From IMG/VR virus record IMGVR_UViG_3300028025_002503, positions 6,522 to 70,521 of that record: a DNA stretch of 64,000 nucleotides, one strand, 5' to 3'. This DNA is from a virus. This document shows, in pieces, positions 38,148 through 47,649 of this stretch. Below the pieces are notes generated by a model, which saw only the letters and a list, made by a program, of their open reading frames with translations, did not search any database and was not told where the DNA came from. Position numbers and translations under genes: made by a program. Each line of letters begins with the position of its first letter. Position 1 is the stretch's first letter.

Positions 38148-41100
38148 ATGAACGTTCTTTGTTCTGCCACAGCATGCCCTGTCCTATTGAGCACCACCTG
38201 CGTATTTTACGAAGGGGAAAATTTAATATATACAGGCATCAATACAAACGATAGTGTTCAAGAGGCTCTACAGAAGATAGATGAAGCATTTTCAAATAAC
38301 ATTCTCAGTATAAATGCCATTCTCCCAATAAGCATTACATCAGGTCCAAACCCTACAATAAGCATTTCACAGGCATCAGCAACATCAAATGGTTACATTA
38401 GCTCTGTAGATTGGAATATATTTAATAACAAGGTTCCTTCAACACGCACATTAACCATCAATGGCACTACATACGACCTCAGTGCTAATAGGTCATGGAC
38501 TATTCCTTCTGATAATATATACAATAGTGATGGAACTCTTACAGGGAACAGAACCGTAAGTAGTGGTGGTTTTAGCCTTACATTGAATCCAAATACTAAT
38601 CTAGCAGGTAATTTATTTGGTAATACGCTAAGAACTAGGAATTCATTTTCAGGTTCTTATACACAACCTGCTACTGTATTTTCAAATGCATCAGAAACAT
38701 TTGATGGCCTAACCTTTACAGGTAACACCCTTTATATGGGGCAGTCAAATGTAGAAGTTACGGGAGGTTCTTCTGTGGTTCAATCTCAGGGAATTGATAT
38801 TGAGCAAAACATTAAACTATCTGGTGCAAGTTCAAGGATATCTGCACAAAATTATTTAATACAATACAGAGGTTATGCAGGAGATATAAGCACCAATGCC
38901 AATAATTTTATGGCAGGTTTATATGTTATTACTGGTCATGCAAAGTTTGACACAACAACTAATATTGTTACAGGAAATGCATATGGATATAGAAGTCTTA
39001 TTAATAATTATGGAGGAACTATAACCAACGCATATGGATATGATTCAAATTTTCAATCTAGTACGTTTACAACGGCAAAGAACTCGACTATTACTAATTA
39101 TTATGCATTTAGGTCTACATCTGCTATAGGAACTTCTTCAGGACCAACTGCTACAATTACAAATTATTACGGACTATTTTTAAATACACCTACAGTTAAT
39201 ACAACAGGAACAATCACCAACAGATGGGGATTGTACGCTCCTGATGTAGCAATGAACCATTATATAAATGGTACATTTCTAATAGGAACAACAACTCCTT
39301 CAACATTTAAACTAGATGTGAATGGAACAGCTAGAGTGAGTGGTGCATTAAAATTATTTAGTGGAGGTACAGCACCAGCAAATAATTACCCATTAAATGC
39401 TTATGTATCAAGTGGAGGTATTGCTTCATTTGAATATGGTACAGATGGATTTATTCAATTTGTAAGAGCAGGAGCTTCAGCAGCTATAATTAGAAGTAGT
39501 TATGCTGAAACTTATGATTTGGTAATCAATGCAGGTAATTCAGGAACATTTTTAGGAATGTGTTTAAGACCTGATGGTATAGGTGTTAAAATAGGAGGAG
39601 ACCCGACAACAATCACTCATGTAAACTCAGCACAATTAAATGTAGAATCTACCACAAAAGGCTTCCTACAACCACGACTCACCACAGTTCAGCGTGATGC
39701 TATAGCTTCACCTGCAACAGGACTACAAGTCTATAACTCAACCACTAACACTAATGACTATTATAATGGAACATCTTGGTTAAGTGAGGGTAATGTAAGT
39801 GGAAGTGGTGTTGCAGGACAAGTTGCATACTGGAATGGAACGAGTTCGCAGACGGGTTCAAATAATTTATTTTGGGATGCTGCTAATGCGAGGTTGGGGA
39901 TTGGGACTAATGCACCAACGGCAAATTTAAGTGTAGTAAAAAATATTAATGGGGATAATGCATTTTATGTATTAAATAATTCAAATGGCACTTCGGCAAG
40001 AAATTTATTTTTGTTTGGCGAGGCTTCAAGTGGTGGTACTTATGGAACATTGCAATACATTAATTCAGGATATAGTTCATCGGGATTAGTAACCGCAAAC
40101 ACAACCATATTATCAGGTCATGCAACGGGAGGTGTAACAATAGCAGCATTTGATGCTACGGGTACAATAAAATTTGGAGCAGGAAATTCATCAAGTGCAT
40201 TGATGACATTAACCGCTACGGGTGCTTTGAGATTCAATAGTCCTTCGGGTAGCAATAATACATATTTAGAAGGTGTTAATTCTTCAGGAACTTTAGTTTC
40301 AAGAATATCAGAAGCAAGTACAGTCGGGTCGGGTGGGTTATATTTTCAAGGGGCAAGAGTAGATGCAACAAGTGGCGGTGCTATGCTATTTGCAGGATAT
40401 GTTGGTTCATCGGGAAATACTTCAGCATTTGAGTTTAGGGGAGTTGGTGGAACTATTTCTACTATTGCTGATTTGCCTTCAGCAATACCGATTGCAATAT
40501 TCTCAAAGAGGTCAGGTGGTGCTACTGTTAATCAAATGATGCTTTTCCAAACGGGTAATCTATTAATCCAAAACGGAGGCACATTCACCGATGGCGGTCA
40601 GCGTTTGCAGGTGCAGGGCGATGCGTTTATAAAGGGGAGTGGAGCAACTGATGCAACAATTGCATTGCAAGTTCAGAATAGTTCAAGTACTAATTTGTTG
40701 AGAGTTAGAAACGATTCAGTTTTATTGACACCTCACATTATTTATGTAGGACAAAACACTACAAATACTTTAATTTATGCTTTTGATGGAAATGCGAATA
40801 CATCCCCATCAGCAAGTGGTAGAAACTTTGGTATTTTCAATAGCAATACAACACAAACGGGCGACCAATCACATTTTGCATTAGTAGGAAATAGTTTAAG
40901 TCCTACAAGCGGAGATACAAATGGTGTGTTATTTCAAAGGACATTTGCACCTACAAGTGGAACTGCTACCTTTAAGGCATTCAACATAAATCCCACCATC
41001 AACCAAACAGGCGGTGCAAACGGCATCACTCGTGGACTATACGTTAACCCAACCTTAACCGCAGCCGCTGATTGGCGTAGTATAGAATGGTCAAACAATA

Positions 41101-43448
41101 GCGGTTGGGGATTGTATGGAGCAGGGACTGCGAATAATTATTTGAATGGGAGGTTAGGAATTGGCAATACGAATCCAACATATATTTTAGATATTCTTGT
41201 AAATGCAAATAATGCTCAACTTGCATCATTTAAAAATAGTTCAGCAGGAATAGATGCTTTTGGTGGTTTTGTTGCAACTAATAATAACAATCAAACGGGT
41301 GGATTTGCAGTTTATTCTTCAGCATTCAGTAACACAATATTTGCAAATAATTTAGCACTTGTACATAACAGAAGTATAGTTATTGGAACTGACTCAAATG
41401 TAGCAAGTGGAGGTACTTCTAAAATTTCATTCCAAACGGGCGGGTATAGCGTAACCCCACAAATGACCCTCACCTCCGCAGGGCGATTGCTTTTGGGAAC
41501 AACATCAGAGGATATATTCTTGCTCGATGTTAATGGAGCTGCAAGGCTTGGTAATACTAACTATTATGCTACATTAACAAATGGAGGTTCTGAAGGAGGT
41601 ATTTTAAGAGTAGGTGGGCCAAGTTATGGTCAAATAGAATTAAAGTCATATGCTATAACTTTAAATGGTGGACATTTTATCTATGGAACAGGCGGAACAG
41701 CTGAATTTGGCATAACAAGTCAAGTTTCGCCAGCTGGTGCTAATTCAGGTGGTAGATCAGCAATGATGTTTACGGCAGATAATCCTGGTTCTGGAGGTGG
41801 AATATGGCCAGCATATCCAAATGCAGCAGCATTTCATTTTAGAAAAAAAGAATTAGATGGTACTTATACATCACTTTTAGTGATGAATGGTTCCTCAAAT
41901 AATATTGGTATTGGAACTACAACACCTGCCTCATCATATAAACTTGATGTTGTTGGTGCAATAAGAGCATCAACTTATTTATTTTCGCCTGCTTTATATG
42001 CTCCTACAGATTTATTTTTTGGAATTAGTGGAGGCACTTCTGCAATGCGTATTACCACAAATAGGAATGTACAAATATTTGATGGAGCAACTCCTGCTGA
42101 CAACGGAAATCGTTTGCAAGTTACAGGAACTTCTTTTTTAAATGGTAATTCAACAGTACAGGGTAGTTTTGTTGTACAATCATCTAGTACAAATTTTACT
42201 ATAATTAGCAATCCTACTAATGCAGCTAAATTATTTCAATTATATTGGGGTGGTTCTGTTACTTACGGATTAGATATTCAAACAAATCTTACAACTCAAC
42301 TATCTGTCGGCAATGGTTTTGGTGTTAGAATAAATAATTTATTTGCTGCACAATATACTACAGGAGCATATAGTGAATTATCTGTAGGCACTGTTTTTAA
42401 TCCTTCCAGCGGAACTGGTACATATACTAATTTAAGGTTAGGATCTGCTGTTAGTCAAAGTGGTGGAGCTAATGGTATAACAAGAGGTATATTGATTGAT
42501 CCCACTTTATCATCAGCAGCTGACTGGAGAAGCATAGAGTGGAGCAATAATACAGGATGGGGGTTATACGGTGCAGGAACTGCTTTGAATTATCTTGGTG
42601 GTACATTAGGCATCAAAACCACTTCTCCTTACGCACCTTCAACTTTCTCACTTGATGTTAATGGTGGTTTATTGGTTAAAAATACCGCTGGAACAACTGC
42701 CCAAATTACACTGATCAATGCTGATCCTTCAATAGGTGGAAACAATGGTTTTTTAGTTGCTTCAGTTGGTGGTACTTCAGGTGGTTCTTATGTTGATCTT
42801 CAAGGGTATTATGGTACTTCAATAGTAGGTTCAACTGCATTAAGGCTTAATCCAGCTGGTGGTGCAGTGATTGTCAATAGCACTACAAATAGTGGTGAAC
42901 AGTTTCAGGTGACAGGTGATGCTAGAATTACAGGAACCATCTATCAAGATGGTGCAGCTGATGCATTATTTAATTTCCAGAACGCTGGAGCAAATAAATG
43001 GAGAATTGGTAATGCGTTTGTTTCTGGTTCCAACTACTTCCAATTGTATGACAGTGTAAGTAATCTTGAAAGGATCAGATGGAACAACAATAGCACAGCT
43101 ACATTCACTAGTGATATTACGTTTATTGGTGGTTCAAATGCTGTAGCTACATTCCAGAGCACACAACCTGATGTAAAAATACAAGCATCAGGAGCATCAA
43201 ACGCTGTTTCTTTGTCACTTGTTCCATCTAATGGATTTGAAGGTGTTATTCAAAACAACGTAACAAATGGTTTCATTCAAGTGAAAACAGCATCCACTAC
43301 GAGAGTCACCTTTAAGAATGGAGGACAGGTGAACTTCCAACCTCTTGCTGCTGATCCAGCTGGTGCAGGTGCAGGAGATGTATATTATAATTCAGGAACA
43401 AATAAGCTTCGTTTATACGATGGAACAAGCTGGGTAGATTTAAACTAG
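38148..43448 (+). CDS. Long mosaic tail fibre / receptor-binding protein
   Basis: 1766 aa, G/T/N/S-rich; repeated IGTTTP..LDVNG and KGFLQPRLTT motifs; C-terminal GDVYYNSGTNKLRLYDGTSW. Confidence 0.85.
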   Translation: MNVLCSATACPVLLSTTCVFYEGENLIYTGINTNDSVQEALQKIDEAFSNNILSINAILPISITSGPNPTISISQASATSNGYISSVDWNIFNNKVPSTRTLTINGTTYDLSANRSWTIPSDNIYNSDGTLTGNRTVSSGGFSLTLNPNTNLAGNLFGNTLRTRNSFSGSYTQPATVFSNASETFDGLTFTGNTLYMGQSNVEVTGGSSVVQSQGIDIEQNIKLSGASSRISAQNYLIQYRGYAGDISTNANNFMAGLYVITGHAKFDTTTNIVTGNAYGYRSLINNYGGTITNAYGYDSNFQSSTFTTAKNSTITNYYAFRSTSAIGTSSGPTATITNYYGLFLNTPTVNTTGTITNRWGLYAPDVAMNHYINGTFLIGTTTPSTFKLDVNGTARVSGALKLFSGGTAPANNYPLNAYVSSGGIASFEYGTDGFIQFVRAGASAAIIRSSYAETYDLVINAGNSGTFLGMCLRPDGIGVKIGGDPTTITHVNSAQLNVESTTKGFLQPRLTTVQRDAIASPATGLQVYNSTTNTNDYYNGTSWLSEGNVSGSGVAGQVAYWNGTSSQTGSNNLFWDAANARLGIGTNAPTANLSVVKNINGDNAFYVLNNSNGTSARNLFLFGEASSGGTYGTLQYINSGYSSSGLVTANTTILSGHATGGVTIAAFDATGTIKFGAGNSSSALMTLTATGALRFNSPSGSNNTYLEGVNSSGTLVSRISEASTVGSGGLYFQGARVDATSGGAMLFAGYVGSSGNTSAFEFRGVGGTISTIADLPSAIPIAIFSKRSGGATVNQMMLFQTGNLLIQNGGTFTDGGQRLQVQGDAFIKGSGATDATIALQVQNSSSTNLLRVRNDSVLLTPHIIYVGQNTTNTLIYAFDGNANTSPSASGRNFGIFNSNTTQTGDQSHFALVGNSLSPTSGDTNGVLFQRTFAPTSGTATFKAFNINPTINQTGGANGITRGLYVNPTLTAAADWRSIEWSNNSGWGLYGAGTANNYLNGRLGIGNTNPTYILDILVNANNAQLASFKNSSAGIDAFGGFVATNNNNQTGGFAVYSSAFSNTIFANNLALVHNRSIVIGTDSNVASGGTSKISFQTGGYSVTPQMTLTSAGRLLLGTTSEDIFLLDVNGAARLGNTNYYATLTNGGSEGGILRVGGPSYGQIELKSYAITLNGGHFIYGTGGTAEFGITSQVSPAGANSGGRSAMMFTADNPGSGGGIWPAYPNAAAFHFRKKELDGTYTSLLVMNGSSNNIGIGTTTPASSYKLDVVGAIRASTYLFSPALYAPTDLFFGISGGTSAMRITTNRNVQIFDGATPADNGNRLQVTGTSFLNGNSTVQGSFVVQSSSTNFTIISNPTNAAKLFQLYWGGSVTYGLDIQTNLTTQLSVGNGFGVRINNLFAAQYTTGAYSELSVGTVFNPSSGTGTYTNLRLGSAVSQSGGANGITRGILIDPTLSSAADWRSIEWSNNTGWGLYGAGTALNYLGGTLGIKTTSPYAPSTFSLDVNGGLLVKNTAGTTAQITLINADPSIGGNNGFLVASVGGTSGGSYVDLQGYYGTSIVGSTALRLNPAGGAVIVNSTTNSGEQFQVTGDARITGTIYQDGAADALFNFQNAGANKWRIGNAFVSGSNYFQLYDSVSNLERIRWNNNSTATFTSDITFIGGSNAVATFQSTQPDVKIQASGASNAVSLSLVPSNGFEGVIQNNVTNGFIQVKTASTTRVTFKNGGQVNFQPLAADPAGAGAGDVYYNSGTNKLRLYDGTSWVDLN
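40587..40648 (+). repeat. 62-bp fibre box (second copy 48193-48254)
   Basis: Shared GCGGTCAGCGTTTGCAGGT...GATGCGTTTATAAAGGG.AGTGGAGCAAC, encoding GQRLQVxGDAFIKGSGAT. Confidence 0.85.
40989..41144 (+). repeat. Conserved fibre box, copy A (copy B 48532-48687; diverged copy C ~42456-42597)
   Basis: Encodes PTINQTGGANGITRGLY.NPTL.AAADWRSIEWSNNSGWGLYGAGTANNYL; copies A and B are largely identical in DNA. Confidence 0.9.
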
Positions 43449-43462
43449 GTCTGTAAAATAAA

Positions 43463-43494
43463 TTTGGATAATTAAATTAATTACCCTATTTTTG
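43463..43494 (+). promoter_or_regulatory. Bacteroidota -33/-7 promoter
   Basis: TTTG(43463-66)-N20-TATTTTTG(43487-94), upstream of ATG 43510. Confidence 0.75.
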
Positions 43495-43509
43495 CGAAAA
43501 TCAATTTTT

Positions 43510-43890
43510 ATGACATATAAAGAACTAAATTTTTTAGTAAGGAACATTCAGGCTAGCGTAGGTGATCAAGAAACCAAGATCCAGAAGAAGCTCTTCAAGA
43601 TTTTTGAAAAGATTAAACCTATTCTTGAGGAATACAATGAGAAGGTTAATGAACTTAGGCTTGATAACGCTTCTGCAGATAGCGAAGGAATGCTTTTGGT
43701 AGATGAAAAAGGTGGTTACAAGTTCTCTAAAGAAGGAGTGAAGGTTCTTACAAAACAAATTTCTGACCTTGACAACAGTGAATTTCATTTTGAAAAGATC
43801 AATGTTGTAAATCCTCAAGGTCTTGAAGAGTTCATTTTCTTGAAAGATTGGGTTACTGGTGTGCCTTTTGAGGCTGACGAAGAGCTCTAG
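43510..43890 (+). CDS. Small acidic helical protein, possible fibre assembly chaperone
   Basis: 126 aa from ATG 43510, directly after the fibre gene. Confidence 0.5.
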   Translation: MTYKELNFLVRNIQASVGDQETKIQKKLFKIFEKIKPILEEYNEKVNELRLDNASADSEGMLLVDEKGGYKFSKEGVKVLTKQISDLDNSEFHFEKINVVNPQGLEEFIFLKDWVTGVPFEADEEL

Positions 43891-43912
43891 TCTTTAACAA
43901 AAATACAAAACT

Positions 43913-43955
43913 AAATAGCATACACTTTCCTGTAAATGGGAGGGGTATGCTATTT
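43913..43955 (+). terminator. Stem-loop before the lysis cassette (terminator or attenuator)
   Basis: AAATAGCATAC/GTATGCTATTT outer stem with inner CTTTCC/GGGAGG pairing; weak U-tract. Confidence 0.55.
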
Positions 43956-43971
43956 CTATTAACAACCAATA

Positions 43972-44577
43972 ATGAAACTTAACTATCTAATCAATATTGC
44001 ATTAGCCTTATTTGCATTAATTGTTCTATATAAAGCAGAATGTGGTAAGCCTGTAGTTCCAGGAGAAACAGTTAGTGTTGGTGGAAAAAAGTATGAAGTG
44101 ATCAAGCAAGTGATTGACACTCAATACATTAAGGTGAAAGAAATTAAATACAAGAAAGGAGAGGACATCTATCATGATACTACTATTTATATTTCTGTGC
44201 CTGTGCTTGACACTACACAGATGCAAGAGGTCCTATTGAAATATTACGCAAAAAACATCTTCCAAGACACCTTGAAGGTGAGTAAGTTTGGAAACATATA
44301 TATTAATGATACGGTTCAGTATAACAAACTAGCAGGCAGATCAATGTCTGCAGATTTAATGTTTCCATCAATAACCAACACAACTATTGTAAAGGAGAAA
44401 CCAAAAGCACAATTGTTCTTAGGTGCTACAGTGGATTACCTACAAGGAAGCAATTTCCAAAACTTAAGTGTTGGACTTATGCTGAAAACTAAACGTGATA
44501 GGTTATATGGAATTTCTGCAGGTGTATCACCTAATGGAAAACCTGTATATGGAGCTAGTTTTTATATTAAACCCTAA
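43972..44577 (+). CDS. Membrane-anchored lysis-cassette protein
   Basis: N-terminal hydrophobic helix, DT-repeat stalk and C-terminal amphipathic beta strands. Confidence 0.5.
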   Translation: MKLNYLINIALALFALIVLYKAECGKPVVPGETVSVGGKKYEVIKQVIDTQYIKVKEIKYKKGEDIYHDTTIYISVPVLDTTQMQEVLLKYYAKNIFQDTLKVSKFGNIYINDTVQYNKLAGRSMSADLMFPSITNTTIVKEKPKAQLFLGATVDYLQGSNFQNLSVGLMLKTKRDRLYGISAGVSPNGKPVYGASFYIKP

Positions 44578-44582
44578 ATAAA

Positions 44583-44861
44583 ATGCAAAAAAAGAACTCA
44601 CTCGTCCCTTCATTTAGCTTTGACCAGTTCACAAAAGAACCAGTGAAAGCGTTCCTTCTCATCACCCTTGCTGCAATTGGCTATCTCTATGTGGATTCCA
44701 AAGTGCAATATGGTGAACTCATTGAAAAGCAAAGTGCTAAAATTGAAAAGTTAGAATTGAAAATTGACGAGCTCACCTCTCAGTTGAAAAAATCAGATAG
44801 CATTGCTGCTGCCACCACTTCTAAACTTATTCTTTTACAAGAACTTGGGAAAATCAAATGA
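44583..44861 (+). CDS. Inner-membrane protein with coiled coil (i-spanin-like)
   Basis: One TM helix (AFLLITLAAIGYLYV) followed by heptad repeats; overlaps the next gene by ATGA. Confidence 0.5.
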   Translation: MQKKNSLVPSFSFDQFTKEPVKAFLLITLAAIGYLYVDSKVQYGELIEKQSAKIEKLELKIDELTSQLKKSDSIAAATTSKLILLQELGKIK

Positions 44862-45235
44862 AACATAATTACATTATAATAATTGCTTTTCTCTTCACCT
44901 CTTGCATGGCAAAGGTTATTGAGAAAAAAGAAGAGGCTCAACCATCTTACGATAGCGTTTTAGCTGCCTCTCACAAATTGCATGATTCTATTCTTGTGTA
45001 CATTCCAAAGGTGGATAAGAAAATAGAGAAGCTTGAGAAAGGAATAATAAATAATGTAGAAGAACTTAAGAAAGAGAATCAGTCTCTAAAGAAAGACGCA
45101 ATGGTTGTAAAAACCATTACAGTTAGAGACACTGTGTATATTAAAGAAAAGACAAACTTCTGGGGTAAGAAGAAAGTTACCACAGACAGTGCTCAATCTG
45201 TAGATTCAACAGTAGTAGAACATGAAAATGATTAA
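44858..45235 (+). CDS. Lipoprotein with coiled coil (o-spanin-like)
   Basis: Signal peptide with lipobox FLFTS-C. Confidence 0.55.
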   Translation: MKHNYIIIIAFLFTSCMAKVIEKKEEAQPSYDSVLAASHKLHDSILVYIPKVDKKIEKLEKGIINNVEELKKENQSLKKDAMVVKTITVRDTVYIKEKTNFWGKKKVTTDSAQSVDSTVVEHEND

Positions 45236-45458
45236 GAACTTTTTTTGGAGCCTCTTTTCAGAGGATGGAAAGATTAGTAGCAAGAGATTCTTTGGTGGTA
45301 TGGCTGCTACATCTCTTTGTGTTACATTAATAGCTAATAGTTTTTCTCATGGAGAGATTAAACCGTCTGACATATTGGTTGAGGCAACAGCTGCATTTGC
45401 TGCGCTGTCTCTTGGAATTTCCGCTTGGCAAACCGTTAAAAAAGGAAACAATGATTAG
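45222..45458 (+). CDS. Putative holin
   Basis: 78 aa, two hydrophobic helices after SSKRF, basic C-terminus, directly before the endolysin. Confidence 0.65.
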   Translation: MKMIKNFFWSLFSEDGKISSKRFFGGMAATSLCVTLIANSFSHGEIKPSDILVEATAAFAALSLGISAWQTVKKGNND

Positions 45459-46053
45459 TACATCAAAACTTTCTACAAAAGTTCCAGCTCCTGTAATGCT
45501 GGAGATCACCTCTATAATTGATAGATTTAATATGACAAATCCTCTAAGGCTTTCCCACTTTCTTGCACAAGCTGCACATGAATCTGGGAACTTTAAGTTT
45601 CTAAAGGAGAATCTAAACTATTCAGCTGATAGCTTATTGAAGGTGTTCCCTAAGTATTTTAAAGACAAGGCTACAGCAGACAAGTATGCACGTAATCCAG
45701 AGATGATTGCAAACAGGGTGTATGCTTCAAGGATGGGCAATGGTGATGAGGCTTCTGGAGATGGATTCAAGTTCAGAGGAAGAGGTTATATTCAGCTTAC
45801 TGGCAAGGATAATTACAAGGCATTCTCTAACTTTATTGGAGAGGATTGCGTAGCTAATCCAGACCTTGTATCAGATAAGTATCCACTTGTAAGTGCATCA
45901 TGGTTCTTCGACAAGAACAACCTTTGGACTATTTGTGACAAGGGAGCAACAGATGATGTTGTAACAGCTGTTACTAAAAGAGTTAATGGCGGTACACATG
46001 GACTTGCTGACCGCATATCTAAGTTCAAACTGTTCAATTCTGAACTAGCATAA
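45451..46053 (+). CDS. Endolysin, glycoside hydrolase family 19
   Basis: HFLAQAAHESGNF, ENLNYS, RGRGYIQLTGKDNY and TKRVNGG motifs; ATG at 45451. Confidence 0.92.
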   Translation: MISTSKLSTKVPAPVMLEITSIIDRFNMTNPLRLSHFLAQAAHESGNFKFLKENLNYSADSLLKVFPKYFKDKATADKYARNPEMIANRVYASRMGNGDEASGDGFKFRGRGYIQLTGKDNYKAFSNFIGEDCVANPDLVSDKYPLVSASWFFDKNNLWTICDKGATDDVVTAVTKRVNGGTHGLADRISKFKLFNSELA

Positions 46054-46071
46054 AATAAAAACCTGATCATA

Positions 46072-46200
46072 ATGGCAAAAGGAAAAGGTTCCTCAGACGC
46101 AAGGAAGGTTAACTTTGGAAAGAAGAAGAAAGGAAAGGCTAAAAGAGCTTTCAATAAACACGATCGTTCTGAAAAGAACTACCGTGGACAAGGTAAATAA
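46072..46200 (+). CDS. Small basic protein ending YRGQGK (42 aa, not in the ORF track)
   Basis: Manual translation: MAKGKGSSDARKVNFGKKKKGKAKRAFNKHDRSEKNYRGQGK. Confidence 0.7.
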   Translation: MAKGKGSSDARKVNFGKKKKGKAKRAFNKHDRSEKNYRGQGK

Positions 46201-46248
46201 TTTAACTAGTTAGAATTAATCTAATTAGTTAACTTAAATTATTCGTAG

Positions 46249-46282
46249 CTCATTGATTATCAATGAGAGTTACATAAATTTG
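46249..46282 (+). promoter_or_regulatory. Promoter overlapped by a perfect palindrome
   Basis: CTCATTGAT-T-ATCAATGAG (46249-67) covers TTG(46253-55); N19; TAAATTTG (46275-82). Confidence 0.65.
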
Positions 46283-46288
46283 TATATT

Positions 46289-47638
46289 ATGGCTATTTTA
46301 TCTAAACAGATAGGATATAGTCAAGAGTCAACCCTCTTGTACGAACTTCTTAGGGAGCTCACTAGGCTTTCTGCAATTACGTCTAAACTAGATAATATTA
46401 ACGTAATTGTTGACGATGGTATCACTTATGCTGATAGTACAGGACTAGATGCTTTTGCTAGACTTAGAACATCTACACCATTCACTCTTGGAGACTACAA
46501 ACATATCTATGGACTAAATATAAACTTTATAGACAAGTTGACAAATGGTGGAACTGTTACATTTCAACCAGATCAGGCAAGTGCTTTGTTAGCTACAACA
46601 TCAAATCCTGCAAGCAGTGCTGTTCATCAGACAAAAATCTATCACAACTATATTCCTGGAAAGAGTCAATTGATATTTTCAACTATTTGTTTTAAAGCTC
46701 CTGTTGTTAATGTTACAAAGAGAACAGGGTATTTTGATGAGAATGATGGTATCTATTTTGAGCAAAATGGTGCTGGTGTCTTAAGTTTTTGTGTAAGAAC
46801 AAGTACTAGCGGAACACCAAGTGATGCTTCTAAAGTGGCACAATCCTCTTGGAACACAGATAAGTGTGATGGTACAGGACCTTCAGGATACAATTTAGAT
46901 ATAACCAAAACACAGTTCTTTTATACAGACTTCACATGGTTAGGTCTTGGTAGAGTGAGATGTGGGTTCTTAGTTAATGGACAATTTATAATAGCTCATG
47001 AGTTTAGAACATCTAACACAATCGATGTTCCTTACATGGCTAATCCAAATCTACCTGTAAGATGCGAGATATTTAATACAGGAGCTACAACAGGTGGATC
47101 ATTCAATCAGATATGTTCAACAGTTATGAGTGAAGGTGGGGATGCTGATGCTGGTCAAGACTGGTCAACATTAAACACAACATTAAGATCTGTTGCTGCA
47201 GGAGCTACGCTTCCTTTGTTAGCAATTAGACTAACTAACACATTCCAAACCTATCCAAATAGAGTGTTTGCTCGTCTCCAAGAGTTCAGTCTTTATTCAG
47301 TGAAAGAACCTCTTACGTATATAGTGATAAAACTTCCAGATTCTTCTTTCTTAACTGGGGAAACATGGAATCCTGTAGACGCAAGATCTGCTGTAGAATT
47401 TAGTGTAAATGCTACAGCTTACACAGATGGACTTGTATTTGCTTCAGGATATGTTTCTGCAGCTGTTGGGAACAGAGGGTCTGTAAATTCTGATCCAAGT
47501 GCATCAAATGCAAGACAAAATTACATTTCACAAAATTACGATTCTACAGATTCAGAAATCTACATAATTGCTGTTACCAATCTTGGAACAACAACAACAA
47601 CAGCAGGAGCATCTATTCAGTGGAGAGAAGTATATTAA
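46289..47638 (+). CDS. Virion surface protein: QIG-adaptor plus beta-sandwich (lectin-like) domain
   Basis: ATG 46289; N-terminal KQIGYSQESTLLYEL; DAFARLR, GYFDENDGIYFE and WLGLGRVRCGF segments. Confidence 0.6.
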   Translation: MAILSKQIGYSQESTLLYELLRELTRLSAITSKLDNINVIVDDGITYADSTGLDAFARLRTSTPFTLGDYKHIYGLNINFIDKLTNGGTVTFQPDQASALLATTSNPASSAVHQTKIYHNYIPGKSQLIFSTICFKAPVVNVTKRTGYFDENDGIYFEQNGAGVLSFCVRTSTSGTPSDASKVAQSSWNTDKCDGTGPSGYNLDITKTQFFYTDFTWLGLGRVRCGFLVNGQFIIAHEFRTSNTIDVPYMANPNLPVRCEIFNTGATTGGSFNQICSTVMSEGGDADAGQDWSTLNTTLRSVAAGATLPLLAIRLTNTFQTYPNRVFARLQEFSLYSVKEPLTYIVIKLPDSSFLTGETWNPVDARSAVEFSVNATAYTDGLVFASGYVSAAVGNRGSVNSDPSASNARQNYISQNYDSTDSEIYIIAVTNLGTTTTTAGASIQWREVY

Positions 47639-47649
47639 AATAAAAAGAA

